The translations under genes were made by a program, and so were the position numbers. Shown in pieces: positions 42,696 to 53,443 of a DNA stretch of 64,000 nucleotides (position 1 is the stretch's first letter; every line of letters begins with the position of its first letter). Location: positions 1 through 64,000 of the forward strand of contig DAHWNL010000034.1 in assembly GCA_027339965.1 (NCBI GenBank), given 5' to 3'. Source of the stretch: Granulicella sp. (GTDB taxonomy: Bacteria > Acidobacteriota > Terriglobia > Terriglobales > Acidobacteriaceae). The notes under the pieces were generated by a model, which was not told where the DNA came from, ran no database searches, and saw only the letters and a list, made by a program, of their open reading frames with translations.

Positions 42696-42976
42696 GGTGA
42701 ATGAGCCAACCTGAGTCTGGCCGCCATATTATTCCATAAAACAGATGCTCTTCCGCACCTTGCGAAAAAGCAGCGGAGATCTCATCCGCAGTCTCAGAAT
42801 CCCGCAGAAGAGGACCGCAGAGGCCAGATTCTCCCAGCACCCCTCCGCCAGCATCATGGTTCCGCTTCACGGATGGAGCTGGAACCCAAAAGTGCGATCG
42901 TGCATCAGCGTAGGCTGATCTTCGTCAGGCTGGATCTAGTCTTTCGGCATCCAGACACGGCCCTTTGGACAGCACC

Positions 42977-43795
42977 TCAATCCAGAAACAGATCCTTCTG
43001 CAACGGCCCTCCAGGGGTCAGCGCATAGCCAGAAAGATCCTGTACGCCGGCCAGCGAGAGCACCTGCTCATCGAGAAAGAAGTTGCCGGTGGTTGCCCGG
43101 CTATCCTGGGTTAGAATCCAGTGCGCCGCATCGGCCATGATCTCCGGCGTCCTGCCACGCTCGGGATGAACGCTGGGAATCACCTGCAGGGCGGCCGTTG
43201 CAATGATGGTTCGTGGCCACAGCGCATTGACCGCAATTCCCTGCGCCCGAAACTCCTCCGCCATTCCCAGAACGCACATACTCATTCCATACTTCGCCAT
43301 CGTGTAAGCTGCATGCCGCTTGAACCACTTCGCCTGCATGTTCAAGGGCGGCGACAGGTTCAAAATATGGGGATTGTTGGCCCGGGCCAGATACGGCAGA
43401 CAGATCTGAGAACAGAGAAACGTACCCCGAACGTTAACACCCATCATCAGATCAAAGCGCTTCATGGTGGTCTCCGCAGTTCCAGTCAGGGTGATCGCGC
43501 TGGCGTTATTCACCAGGATATCGATTCCGCCAAAGTGATCCGCACCTCGATTGACGGCCTTGCGGACCTGTTCCTCATCGCGGACGTCCACTTCAAGCGG
43601 GAGCGCCCGTCCGCCCAGCACCTCAATGGACTCGGCTGCCGTGTAGATGGTTCCCGGCAGCTTGGGATGGGGGGTTACGGTCTTGGCCGCAACCACCACA
43701 TTGGCTCCATCCCGTGCCGCCCGCAACGCAATCGCGAGCCCAATTCCTCGGCTGGCTCCGGTGATAAACACTGTCTTATCTTGCAACGTGCCCAT
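42977..43795 (-). CDS. Short-chain dehydrogenase/reductase (HSDL2-like)
   Basis: TGASRGIG, HPKLPGTI, NNAS, YTMAK, NALWP. Confidence 0.9.
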   Translation of the reverse strand: MGTLQDKTVFITGASRGIGLAIALRAARDGANVVVAAKTVTPHPKLPGTIYTAAESIEVLGGRALPLEVDVRDEEQVRKAVNRGADHFGGIDILVNNASAITLTGTAETTMKRFDLMMGVNVRGTFLCSQICLPYLARANNPHILNLSPPLNMQAKWFKRHAAYTMAKYGMSMCVLGMAEEFRAQGIAVNALWPRTIIATAALQVIPSVHPERGRTPEIMADAAHWILTQDSRATTGNFFLDEQVLSLAGVQDLSGYALTPGGPLQKDLFLD

Positions 43796-43888
43796 TTCCC
43801 ATGCTCGCTTTCTAAGTGTCTCTCGGATCGTTCCCGGCCGCTGAGCCCATCCCCCGCCCCACCCTGCAAATCGAAGTGTAAAAAAGGG

Positions 43889-43909
43889 AGGTGACAGATG
43901 TTGTCACTT
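43889..43909. promoter_or_regulatory. Palindromic operator candidate GTGACA-N5-TGTCAC in a divergent promoter region
   Basis: Perfect 6-bp arms between the divergent SDR and acyl-CoA ligase genes, close to a TetR gene. Confidence 0.45.
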
Positions 43910-43951
43910 TTAGTTATCTTACCCTTCGTTAAGGAAATTGGAAGAACATTG

Positions 43952-45691
43952 ATGCTCTCCTTCGATCAAACCCGCTTTTCCGAGTCCATCGCTGTCGGCC
44001 CCGCCTTGCCGGATAGCGAACTGCCCCTGCCAAGGATCTATGCCTGCGAGCGAGATACGCCGTTGCAACCGCTCTTCACCCAGCCGCTGAACGGCGAACT
44101 CTTCCACTGGAACTGGTCAAGCGCCATGCAGGAGGCGCGGCGCGTGGCCGCATGGATTCAAGCTCAAAACTGGCCCAGCGGCTCCAACATCGCCATCCTC
44201 AGCAAGAACTGCGCGTGGTGGATCATGGCCGACTTTGCCATCTGGATGGCAGGACACGTCAGTGTTCCCCTGTTCACCTCCGCCAATGACGCCTCCCTGA
44301 GCAAGCTTATCCGGCATAGCCAGGCCGTTGCATGCTTTGTTGGCCAGTTGGATCATCCCCTGCCGATGGGACAGGAGGCCTTTGGAAGCCTGGCCTACAT
44401 TGCGTTCCCGAACTGCTCTGTGGAAAACATACCCCAGGGGAGCGTCTCGTGGTCCGAGATCATCGCGAAGCACTCTCCTCTGGGAGGCAATCCGCAGCGT
44501 GGAGCGGACGAGGTAGCCACCATCATCTACACCTCCGGGACCACAGGTGAATCCAAAGGGGCCATGCAAACCTTCCGATCCATGATCCTCATGGGCAAGT
44601 CCATGGAACCAGCCTTCGGCGTCAACCCTGATTCCGGGCTGGATCGAATTCTCTCCTACCTGCCGCTGGCCCATATCGCCGAGCGAGCCATCGTCGAGAT
44701 GAACTCCCTCATCGTCCCCATGCATATCTTCTTCAGCGAGGGGCTGCCCACCTTCCTCACCGACCTTGCCCGCTCCCGATGCACCCTCTTCTTCTCCATT
44801 CCTCGGCTCTACATACGATTCCAGCAGAGCGTCTTTGAAAAGATTCACCGGAGGAAACTCAATCTCCTTCTAGCCATCCCAGTCCTGGGCAGGATTGTTC
44901 GCAGAAAGATCGTCACCAATCTCGGCCTGGGCGAAACCCGGCTGATCTGCTCCGGCGGCGCGGCGATCCCGGTGGACATCATCCAGTGGTACCGCAAGCT
45001 GGGCCTCAACTTTCTGGAAGGCTACGGAATGACCGAGACCGGCATCACCCATGCGCCGCTGCCCGGCCAGGCGAGGCTGGGTTACGTTGGCAGCGCCAGC
45101 CCCTGGGCGCTTACCCGCATCTCCCCGGAGGGCGAGGTCCAGATCAAAGGCCCCATGAACATGCTGGGCTACTATCGCAATCCTGAACTCTCGCGCGAGG
45201 CGTTCACCGAGGACGGATTCTTCCGCACCGGCGATCGAGGAGAGATCGATAGCCTCGGCCGCCTTCGCCTCGTTGGCCGCATCAAGGATGAGTTCAAGAC
45301 CTCCAAAGGCAAGTACGTCGCTCCCGGCCAGATTGAAAAACTGCTTGCCGTCTCCTATCTCTTCGAGTCCGTTGCGGTCTTCGGCGACGGACTGACGGCC
45401 CCTTTCGCCATCGCCGTGCTGGCACCCCCCCTGCGCAAGAAGCAATCGAATCCCGAGGATCGCGCTGACATCGAAACCAAACTCACTGCGGAACTCGATT
45501 CGGTCAACTCCAAACTGGAGCACCACGAGCAACTCCGATTCATTGTCATCTCCGAGCAACCTTGGACAGTTGACAATCAACTTCTTACCCCCACACTCAA
45601 AGTTCGCCGGGTCGCCCTCGAACAGCGTCTCTCCCCCCGCTTCGCCGACTGGGAGGATTCCCAGAAGAAAGTGATCTGGATCGAGACGTGA
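43952..45691 (+). CDS. Long-chain acyl-CoA synthetase (AMP-binding)
   Basis: YTSGTTGESKG, SYLPLAHIAER, EGYGMTE, FRTGD, FKTSKGKYVAP, LTPTLKV. Confidence 0.9.
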   Translation: MLSFDQTRFSESIAVGPALPDSELPLPRIYACERDTPLQPLFTQPLNGELFHWNWSSAMQEARRVAAWIQAQNWPSGSNIAILSKNCAWWIMADFAIWMAGHVSVPLFTSANDASLSKLIRHSQAVACFVGQLDHPLPMGQEAFGSLAYIAFPNCSVENIPQGSVSWSEIIAKHSPLGGNPQRGADEVATIIYTSGTTGESKGAMQTFRSMILMGKSMEPAFGVNPDSGLDRILSYLPLAHIAERAIVEMNSLIVPMHIFFSEGLPTFLTDLARSRCTLFFSIPRLYIRFQQSVFEKIHRRKLNLLLAIPVLGRIVRRKIVTNLGLGETRLICSGGAAIPVDIIQWYRKLGLNFLEGYGMTETGITHAPLPGQARLGYVGSASPWALTRISPEGEVQIKGPMNMLGYYRNPELSREAFTEDGFFRTGDRGEIDSLGRLRLVGRIKDEFKTSKGKYVAPGQIEKLLAVSYLFESVAVFGDGLTAPFAIAVLAPPLRKKQSNPEDRADIETKLTAELDSVNSKLEHHEQLRFIVISEQPWTVDNQLLTPTLKVRRVALEQRLSPRFADWEDSQKKVIWIET

Positions 45692-46551
45692 AGAACCTGA
45701 AGCACCAATCGGCCACCACCCCAGAGAGCATCCATGCTCAACGGCTGCACCTCATCCTGGACGGCAAGCGCACGGAGGTCGCCCACTACAGGCTCGGTTT
45801 TCCCCAGGGCAACGTCCTCCTGTTGCATGAGGCGCTGGGCTCGGTGAGCTACTGGAAGCGCTTCCCGCACAGTCTCGCCCAGGCTTCGGGCTACAACGTG
45901 ATCGCCTACTCTCGCGCCGGTCATGGCGACTCCGAGGGTCCACTCTCCCAACGCTCGGACGCTGATTACCTGCACCAGGTCCAAGTGCTGATTCCAGCCC
46001 TTCTGGCGCACTTCAAGGTCACTGCTCCCGTGCTCTACGGTCACAGCGAAGGCGCCGGCATCGCTCTTCTCTACGCTGCCACGCACCCACTGCCTCAAAA
46101 GGGCAGCACCGAATCCAGCGGCGTCCGCGCGTTGATTCTCGAAAGCCCCTTCGTCGTTGCTACCGGCTCGGCCGGCGAGCTGATCCGGAAGATGGCGGCG
46201 TCTTACCCCGGCAGCAAGCTCCAGGAGCGCCTCGCCCACTACCACCAGCACCCGGATGAGGTCTTTTACGCTTGGTCCAACTGGGCTGCGGGACTGGGCA
46301 AGGAGATCTTTCCCCTCCAGGACTTTCTGCCACGGATCACCTGTCCTGTCCTGGCCCTCCAGGGCGAACGGGACGAATTCGGAACCTCCGGTCAATTGGA
46401 GGCGCTGCGAAGATCCATCCCTCACTTGCAACACCAAACCTTCCCCAACACCGGTCATCTCCCACACAAAGAGCAGACTGACTTTGTTCTGAAGACTGTC
46501 TTTGCGTTTCTATCCAACCTTCAGCCGCAAGGGAACGGCTCCAAATCTTAG
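45688..46551 (+). CDS. Alpha/beta-fold hydrolase
   Basis: LLHEALGS, GHSEG nucleophile elbow, QGERDEFG, TGHLPH. Overlaps the upstream stop (GTGA). Confidence 0.88.
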   Translation: MKNLKHQSATTPESIHAQRLHLILDGKRTEVAHYRLGFPQGNVLLLHEALGSVSYWKRFPHSLAQASGYNVIAYSRAGHGDSEGPLSQRSDADYLHQVQVLIPALLAHFKVTAPVLYGHSEGAGIALLYAATHPLPQKGSTESSGVRALILESPFVVATGSAGELIRKMAASYPGSKLQERLAHYHQHPDEVFYAWSNWAAGLGKEIFPLQDFLPRITCPVLALQGERDEFGTSGQLEALRRSIPHLQHQTFPNTGHLPHKEQTDFVLKTVFAFLSNLQPQGNGSKS

Positions 46552-46580
46552 TCCTGTTCCAAGACTGATTGAGGTTTACC

Positions 46581-47336
46581 ATGCCACATCCCGCTCGCTT
46601 CACGCATCACCGCAATCTATTCCTCCTGATGACGTTGGTTCTCTCGCTGAGTACTCTTCGCTCAGCCTCTGCTCAGCAGAGCTACGTTGGCCGCTATGGG
46701 GTTTACACAGGATTCTCGGATCTTTACACCCCGGGACTGAATGATATTCAGCAATACGGTTTTCATCTCCAGGCAGGAGAAGACCTGAAGTCCTGGCTTG
46801 GGGCCGGCTTTGACTACAGCGTCCAGACTGGCAATACCAGCCTGATTCCGAGCATGGCCAGTTCGGCAGTGCTGGCCGGGATTGAAGAGTTGTACGCCCA
46901 GGGAGTCCTGCCGCTTACCTACAATGTGGATGTACCCATCTCTGCAACCACGCAGACCTTTACGATGGGGCCAACCTTCAACTACCGTCACTTCTCCAAG
47001 GTCACGCTGTTCATCCACCCCAGCCTTGCCGCTTTCCGTCTCGCCGCAACCGCCCATCCGCGCGCCGGAACGGATGATCCGATCGTCGTCGGAGCGTTGG
47101 AAGCCGGAAACTATATTTCGCCGCAGGGAACCATCTCCGATTGGACCGGAGCCTACGGTTTAGGCGGCGGCGCGGAGCTCGTTCTCACTCCGCACATCGG
47201 CGCCCGCGCACAACTGGATGCGGTGTGGAATCACCCTTTCAACGCCATCCTGGGCAGCGGCGGTTGGAGCTACCGCTATTCCGTCGGGCCGGTGTTCCAT
47301 TTCGGGCGCAACATTCTCAGAACTGGCGAGGAGTAA
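46581..47336 (+). CDS. Outer-membrane beta-barrel protein
   Basis: Signal peptide; alternating amphipathic strands; ends YSVGPVFHFG, like the barrel of the 6204-7919 gene. Confidence 0.7.
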   Translation: MPHPARFTHHRNLFLLMTLVLSLSTLRSASAQQSYVGRYGVYTGFSDLYTPGLNDIQQYGFHLQAGEDLKSWLGAGFDYSVQTGNTSLIPSMASSAVLAGIEELYAQGVLPLTYNVDVPISATTQTFTMGPTFNYRHFSKVTLFIHPSLAAFRLAATAHPRAGTDDPIVVGALEAGNYISPQGTISDWTGAYGLGGGAELVLTPHIGARAQLDAVWNHPFNAILGSGGWSYRYSVGPVFHFGRNILRTGEE

Positions 47337-47408
47337 GCCCTGTCGACGTCCGCGTGCGGCCACAGCAAATGAATCGCCGCCGCACGCTTCCCTGCACTGG
47401 AGACACGC

Positions 47409-47960
47409 ATGAAGCTCTCGTTCAGATCCCTTACCGCACTCCTGGCCGCCACAATCCTCTGCGGCGGACAACCCGCGCTGGCTCACCTCAGCCCCAACAC
47501 AGCCCCCTCGGTTAGCCCGGTCCACTCTCGCATGGACGCCAGGTCCTCAGATCCTGGTGGAGATTCTGCACAAATGGCAGCTCCTTCGGGCCCCTGCACC
47601 CTGATCATCCACGTCGATGGCTTTCGCAGCCAGAAGGGCGACGCTGGCATCTCCTTGTTCACCTCCGCCGATGGCTGGCCGGAGAACAACGACAAAGCAT
47701 TCTTCCACGGCCCAAATCCCTTCTCAGGCGCCTCGGCCACCATCACCCTCCACGTCCCAACCGGACGCTACGCTATCGCCGCCCTGGCCGACACCAACGG
47801 CGACCACCATATGGATCGCAACATCTTTGGAATCCCCAAGAAGGGCTTCGGATTTTCCAACAATCCCAAGGTCTTTCTTACCGCGCCATCCTTTGACAAA
47901 GCAGCTCTCCCGGTGGTCTGCCCAGTCACCCAAACCACCATCCATCTTCTCTATCGATAA
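47409..47960 (+). CDS. DUF2141 domain secreted protein
   Basis: GRYAIA...DTNGD..MDRNIFGIPK.GFGFSNN....APSFDKA. Confidence 0.85.
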   Translation: MKLSFRSLTALLAATILCGGQPALAHLSPNTAPSVSPVHSRMDARSSDPGGDSAQMAAPSGPCTLIIHVDGFRSQKGDAGISLFTSADGWPENNDKAFFHGPNPFSGASATITLHVPTGRYAIAALADTNGDHHMDRNIFGIPKKGFGFSNNPKVFLTAPSFDKAALPVVCPVTQTTIHLLYR

Positions 47961-48162
47961 AGTTTGCTAACCAGTGAATTCTGCTGTCTCGAATCTTCCG
48001 GGCGTTTTCATCCCTCCCCACAAGCTCGGCGACCAGGGCGCTGGAGGGAAAGGACCATTTCATCGCAACCGCGGGGCTGCCTCATCGGCACGGAACAGAA
48101 AGCCATGGGCTCACTTTGCTGCACCAGACTGAAAACCGTCCCAACGGTGCTGCGAAAGCGGG

Positions 48163-49218
48163 CTATTCCGCGTTACGCCACCAGCCGGAGCGAAGCTCCG
48201 TGCCGGCAACCACCTCAGTGGGCGCACCCGGCTCCGGCAGCCACAGCTTGATTCCCCGTTCATCGGCAAGTTCCAGGATCCGCTCCACCGGTTCTCTCCA
48301 GGGGTGCAGGGCCAGGTTGAAGAGTCCCCAATGAATGGGCATCAGCAATCCGTCTGGAGCCTCCATGGCTTGAAAGGCCCTGGCGGCATTGTCGGGTCCG
48401 AGATGAATGCTGGACCACAGAGGGTGAAAGGCCCCGATCTCCAACATCATCAGATCAAAGGAGCAAGAACGCCCGTCCGGATGGCTTCTGTAGTGGCCGG
48501 CAATCTCCCCGAATCCCTCCCACCAGCCTGAGTCCGCCCCATAAAAAATCCTGTGGCGCGGCCCCTCCAGCACGAACGATCCCCACAGCGTGGTGAACCG
48601 GTCGAAGATCCCCCGACCGGAAAAGTGTCGTGCCGGCCAGGAGGTGATTCTCAACTGCCTCATCTCCGCACTCTCGGTCCAATTCAACTCTGTAATCTTC
48701 TCCGCCGCAACGCCAAAACCACGCAGCCGCTTGGCCACACCCAGCGAGGTGATCCAATGCGCCCCGGCAGCGGCCTCCGCCCTCGCCAGCCGCATCACGG
48801 TCATTGCCCCCAGGTGGTCATAGTGATCGTGGGAGATCAGCACCACATCGATTCTGGGCAGGCTCTCCATTGGCATCGTAGGCGCAAAGAAGCGCTCAGG
48901 GCCCAGGAATGGGATTGGGCTGGCTCGCTGCTCCCATACCGGATCCACCAGCACGCACATCCCATCGATCTCGATGAGAGAGGACGAGTGCCCAAACCAG
49001 GTGACGCGCAATCCGCTGGCCGGCTGGGTGGAAAAGATCGCCGGATCAGTCCGGAAAGGCCCCAAAGGCCGGCTGGGTTCCACCATCCCCCGGTTCTTCA
49101 TGTACAGAGGCAGCACCTTGAACACCAAACCGGGCCCGCCGACCTTGGTCGGCACAGGATTCAAGAACCTGCGCCCTCTCTTTTCCGCTCGCTTTAGAAA
49201 ATTCACCGATCCATCCAC
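48163..49218 (-). CDS. MBL-fold metallohydrolase (NAPE-PLD/RomA-like)
   Basis: TWFGHSS, SHDHYDHL, PARHFSGR, PIHWG. Confidence 0.9.
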   Translation of the reverse strand: MDGSVNFLKRAEKRGRRFLNPVPTKVGGPGLVFKVLPLYMKNRGMVEPSRPLGPFRTDPAIFSTQPASGLRVTWFGHSSSLIEIDGMCVLVDPVWEQRASPIPFLGPERFFAPTMPMESLPRIDVVLISHDHYDHLGAMTVMRLARAEAAAGAHWITSLGVAKRLRGFGVAAEKITELNWTESAEMRQLRITSWPARHFSGRGIFDRFTTLWGSFVLEGPRHRIFYGADSGWWEGFGEIAGHYRSHPDGRSCSFDLMMLEIGAFHPLWSSIHLGPDNAARAFQAMEAPDGLLMPIHWGLFNLALHPWREPVERILELADERGIKLWLPEPGAPTEVVAGTELRSGWWRNAE

Positions 49219-49290
49219 TCACGCAACAAACTCATAGAGTTAGACGCGCTCTGCCTCACATCGATGCAAGCGCCCCGGGCCGGCATCCCG

Positions 49291-51067
49291 CTATTCTCCG
49301 CCGTAGAGCGTTTCAATCCTCTCCTTGCACCGGTCCAGGATGACCCTGCGCATCAGCTTCATACTGGGCGTCAACTCACCGCCTTCGATACTCCACTCCT
49401 CGGCGAGCACGCCTATCTTCTTCAAGCGCTCATGGTCCTGCAACTGGGCATTGACGCGCCTTACGAGCGTCTCGTAGTGCTTCTTTACCCTTGGGTCTCG
49501 CACCAGCTCCTCATCGTCGCGCGCCATCACGCCGTGCTCCTCAGCCCATCGCCGCAGCGCCCCCAGGTCCGGCGAGATCAGAACCGCGGCAAACTTTCGC
49601 GCGTCTCCAATCACCGCCGCGTTTCCCACCAGTTCATCGGCCTTCAGCTTGCCTTCGATCGGCTGCGGCGCAATGTACTTTCCGCTGCTTGTCTTGATCA
49701 GTTCCTTCTTGCGGTCAGTGATGGAAATAAACCCGTCCTTGTAGTCTCCGATGTCTCCGGTTTTGAACCATCCATCCTCGGTGAACTCGGCCCTGGTTAG
49801 GTCCTCTTTGAGCCAATACCCGGCGAAGACCGTCTCTCCTCGCACCTGAATCTCTCCATCTTCGGCCACGCGCAGCTCCAGATTCGGAATCACCGGACTG
49901 ACCGTCCCGATCCGGTAGGCATCAAACGTGTTGCGCGACACCAGGGGCGAAGTCTCCGTCAAACCATAGCCTTCAAATATTCGGATCCCCATGTCCAGAA
50001 ACCACTTGGCCGCATCCATGCCCAGCGGCACCCCTCCAGAGACCCAGAGCTTCGCCTGGCCACCAAAGGCCGCTCTGAGCTTGCTGTAGACCAGCCTGTT
50101 GGCCAGCCGCCAACCGGGCGCGCTCGGGGTTCTTCCCTCCATCAACTCCTGGCGATGTCTCCGCCCCTGGAGCAGAGCCCAGTGCAGGATTCTCTTCCGG
50201 ATCCCTTTGGCATGGGCCTCCGTGCTCTGCCGAACCTTCTCGTACACTCGCGGCACGGCCAGAAAGATCTGCGGCCTCACGGTTTGCATCGCGCCCTTCA
50301 AATCATCAAATTTCGTCAGGTAAGCAATCCTTCCGCCATGGCCGTAAATGGCATAGCCAAGATGCCGAGCCAGGGAGTGGCTCAGAGGCAAAAATGAGAT
50401 TGTGCGATCCCCCTCTCCCATACTCAGCCCTTCCGTGGAGTAACGCAGATCCGCCGTCAGGTTGCGATGAGTCAGCCTCACGCCCTTGGGGTCGCCAGTG
50501 GTGCCGGAGGTGTAGACGATGGTTGCCAGATCCTCCGGGCGGGTCTGCCGCAGTAACGCATCGCATGTTGCATCCGCCCTCTCGAGATCTGAAGCGTGCA
50601 CGAAGATCTCAGCTAAATTGACGGCGTTGTCCAACTCGCAGTCGTCCAGCACACCAACAAACTCCAGGGTGGGAATCGCCCCTGCCGCCACTAGTTTCTT
50701 GTACTGCAGACGATTGGAAACGATAACCGCCCGCACCCCGGCATCGCGCAGGATCGAACCCACCTGACTCCGGCAAAAGGGTGTCGTAGAGCGGCACGTC
50801 AACCGCACCGATGGCCAGCACCGCAAAGTCCACCACCGGCCACTCCCAGCGATTCTCGCTGACCAGCCCGAAGCGATCTCCGCGCTCGATTCCCCAGCTC
50901 TGGAGCAGCGCCACCAACGCTCTGACGCGTCCGTACATCTGCTGCGACTTCACTTCCTTCCACTCCGAGCCGCTCTTCCACATCGCCACCGGGGTCGCGC
51001 CACGATGGCTCATGCGTTCAAACAGCTCGTTGATGGTAGAAAACTCCAGCCTCGAGAAATCGATCAT
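49291..51067 (-). pseudogene. Long-chain acyl-CoA synthetase split by a single frameshift near 50767
   Basis: Frame 1 reads ...VPLYDTLLPE. One extra base (GAG-T-CAG) then switches to QVGSILRDAG...YTSGTTGDPKG...GYGLTE in frame 2. Confidence 0.8.
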
Positions 51068-51328
51068 CCAACAATGCTCCCTTTACCCCAGGTTCCCCGC
51101 TCGACGGCATTTTACCCGCCTGCGATGAAATTAGGCGTTCCTACCCAAATTCCATAGGTTCCACGCCTGCCGCGCCTCCGGTGCGTTTCACTCCAATGCG
51201 CCACCTCCTTCTGCCGTCAAACCTGCCCCCACCCGTCTCCGCAGCTTGAACGCTCTGCAGCGGCGGTCCTGCTTCGGATGGGCGGGGCAACTTTCCCGAA
51301 CTCGCCGGCGCAGGCCGGAGTAGCTCCC

Positions 51329-51890
51329 ATGAAAGACGCTCCGCAGGTCGGCCTATCCGCTCCAACTTGCGCACCGCCCTGCGACTTGCCACTCTCTTCT
51401 CCAGCGTCAAGTTATTCCTGCAGTTTGCTCTCACGTTCTGGACGCTGCATCTCGGCTATGGCTACTTCCGGGACGAGTTCTATTCCAACGCCTGAGGCAC
51501 CGCCTTGTCTGGGCTATGTGGACCACGCGCCGATTGTAGCCCCGCAGGCTCGGCTGGGCGAGTGGCTCTTCGGAGACTCCGTATTCGCGATTCGAGTGCT
51601 GTCCGCGATTGCCGGGGCGGGGACCGTCATTCTTACCTGCATCCTCGCCTGGGCGATGGGCGGTCGCCTACCCGCCCAGGCCCTGGCCATGTTCCGTGTT
51701 CTCGTCTGCTCTCCGTTCATCGGCGTCGACGGATTTCTCTCCATGGAACTCCTTTGAGCCGGCCTTCTGGATGATCTGTGTTTTGGCGCTTCTGCTTCTG
51801 CTGGAACGGGGTTTCCGAACGGCTCTGGTGGCCGGTCTTTGGCGTAGCCGCGAGAGTTGGTTTGCTCAACAGACCCTCGATGCCCTTCGA
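51329..51890 (+). pseudogene. Degraded GT39/ArnT-like (PMT family) glycosyltransferase
   Basis: Fragments in shifting frames: GYGYFRDEFY..*, GYVDHAPIV...LFGDSVFAIR, FEPAFWM, GLLNRPSM. Truncated. Confidence 0.7.
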
Positions 51891-52013
51891 GCGCCAAAGG
51901 ACCATCTACCTGCGGCGCGGAAGGCGAGCTTCAGCGCCATTCCACTGGTCCGTTGAGAGGTATTCTTTCTAGCCTTGGGCAGGCTTGCCGGCGGCTTTGA
52001 TACCCTCCCAACA

Positions 52014-53417
52014 ATGGCTCCGCGAAAAGCTCCGAGTTCAACGCAGCAGGAGTTGCCGCGTGTTCTAACCTCAACCCACGCGCTTTCCATCGTGGTGGGC
52101 ATCATCATAGGTACCGGTATCTTTCTGGTTCCACACGAAATCATGGCCGCGGTCGGCAGTTCAAGAATGGTCTATGGCGTGTGGATCCTCGCCGGCCTGC
52201 TTTCGCTCTTTGGCGCCATGACCTACGACGAGATCGCCGCGCTGCGGCCCCGGGTAGGTGGAGAGTACGCCTTTCTGCATGACGCTTATGGTCCGCTGAC
52301 GGCCTTCCTTTACACATGGACCTGGACCACAATCGCTCGGCCCGCTTCGATCGCCACGATCGCCGCAGGCCTGATGCGCGTCCTCGGAGCCTTCCCTCTC
52401 TTCACCTTCCTGGACGATCGGACCGTAGCCGGCCTGGACTGGGGCCAGATTCTGGCGATCCTGGTCATCTGGCTGATTACCGTGCTGAATATCGTCAGCA
52501 CTCGGGACTCGGCACTTGTGCAAACTCTGCTGACCTGGCTAAAGATCGCCATGATCATGGTGATCGCATGGATCTGCTTTGCCGGCATGAGGCATTCTGC
52601 CTGGAGCCACTCCCACTTCGTCTATCACCACGCGCAGGGAGGGTTCACCGGGTTCATGGTCGCCCTCATCGCCGCACTGTGGGCTTTCGATGGCTGGTCG
52701 GATGTTTCCCAGTTGGCCGGAGAGGTGAAACAACCCCAACGATCCATGCCCCTGGCTTTGATTGGCGGAGTCCTCATTGTGGGCAGCCTATACATGCTGA
52801 TCAATGCGGCGATTCAGGATGTTCTTCCCGCCCAGACCATCGCTATCTCGCAGCGGCCGGCGACCGATGCCCTGCAACGCGTAGCGGGCAGCCTGGGCGC
52901 CGGCCTGGTGGCTGCGGGAATGGCGGTTAGCATCGGGGCCGCGCTGGTGGGCAGTTCGCTCGCCGGAGCGCGCGTTCCGTTCGCCGCCGCTCGGGACCAT
53001 CTGTTTCCTTCCGTACTGGGGGCCATCCACCCTCGCTTTCATACGCCCTGGGCCAGCTTGCTGCTGCAGTCCATCCTGAGCACCCTTCTTCTACTGGCCA
53101 TCGGAAGATATCAGACGCTTTTTTCATTGACCATCATCGCCGAATGGCTGTTCTACTCCTTGACCGCTGCCACCGTCTTCGTATTTCGTGTGCGTGAGCC
53201 AGGGGCGGCCCGGCCCTATCGCGTCACGGGCTATCCTGTGGTTCCCGCACTCTTCCTCCTGGCCGCTGCGGTGCTGTTGGCCTTCAGCTTCCTGAATCAG
53301 CCCCGAGCCTCTCTCGCCGGTATGCTGTTCGTTCTCTGCGGAGTTCCTCTGCACTTCCTGCTTCAGCGCAGAACGACGGCCTTAAAATCAGACGGGGACT
53401 CCGTAGAAGACTCGTAG
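52014..53417 (+). CDS. APC-family amino acid permease
   Basis: GIIIGTGIF, GGEYAFL, WAFDGW...AGEVKQP, HPRFHTP, RPYRV.GYP. Confidence 0.92.
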   Translation: MAPRKAPSSTQQELPRVLTSTHALSIVVGIIIGTGIFLVPHEIMAAVGSSRMVYGVWILAGLLSLFGAMTYDEIAALRPRVGGEYAFLHDAYGPLTAFLYTWTWTTIARPASIATIAAGLMRVLGAFPLFTFLDDRTVAGLDWGQILAILVIWLITVLNIVSTRDSALVQTLLTWLKIAMIMVIAWICFAGMRHSAWSHSHFVYHHAQGGFTGFMVALIAALWAFDGWSDVSQLAGEVKQPQRSMPLALIGGVLIVGSLYMLINAAIQDVLPAQTIAISQRPATDALQRVAGSLGAGLVAAGMAVSIGAALVGSSLAGARVPFAAARDHLFPSVLGAIHPRFHTPWASLLLQSILSTLLLLAIGRYQTLFSLTIIAEWLFYSLTAATVFVFRVREPGAARPYRVTGYPVVPALFLLAAAVLLAFSFLNQPRASLAGMLFVLCGVPLHFLLQRRTTALKSDGDSVEDS

Positions 53418-53443
53418 GGCGAGGAAGTAGAGGGTTTCGGACA

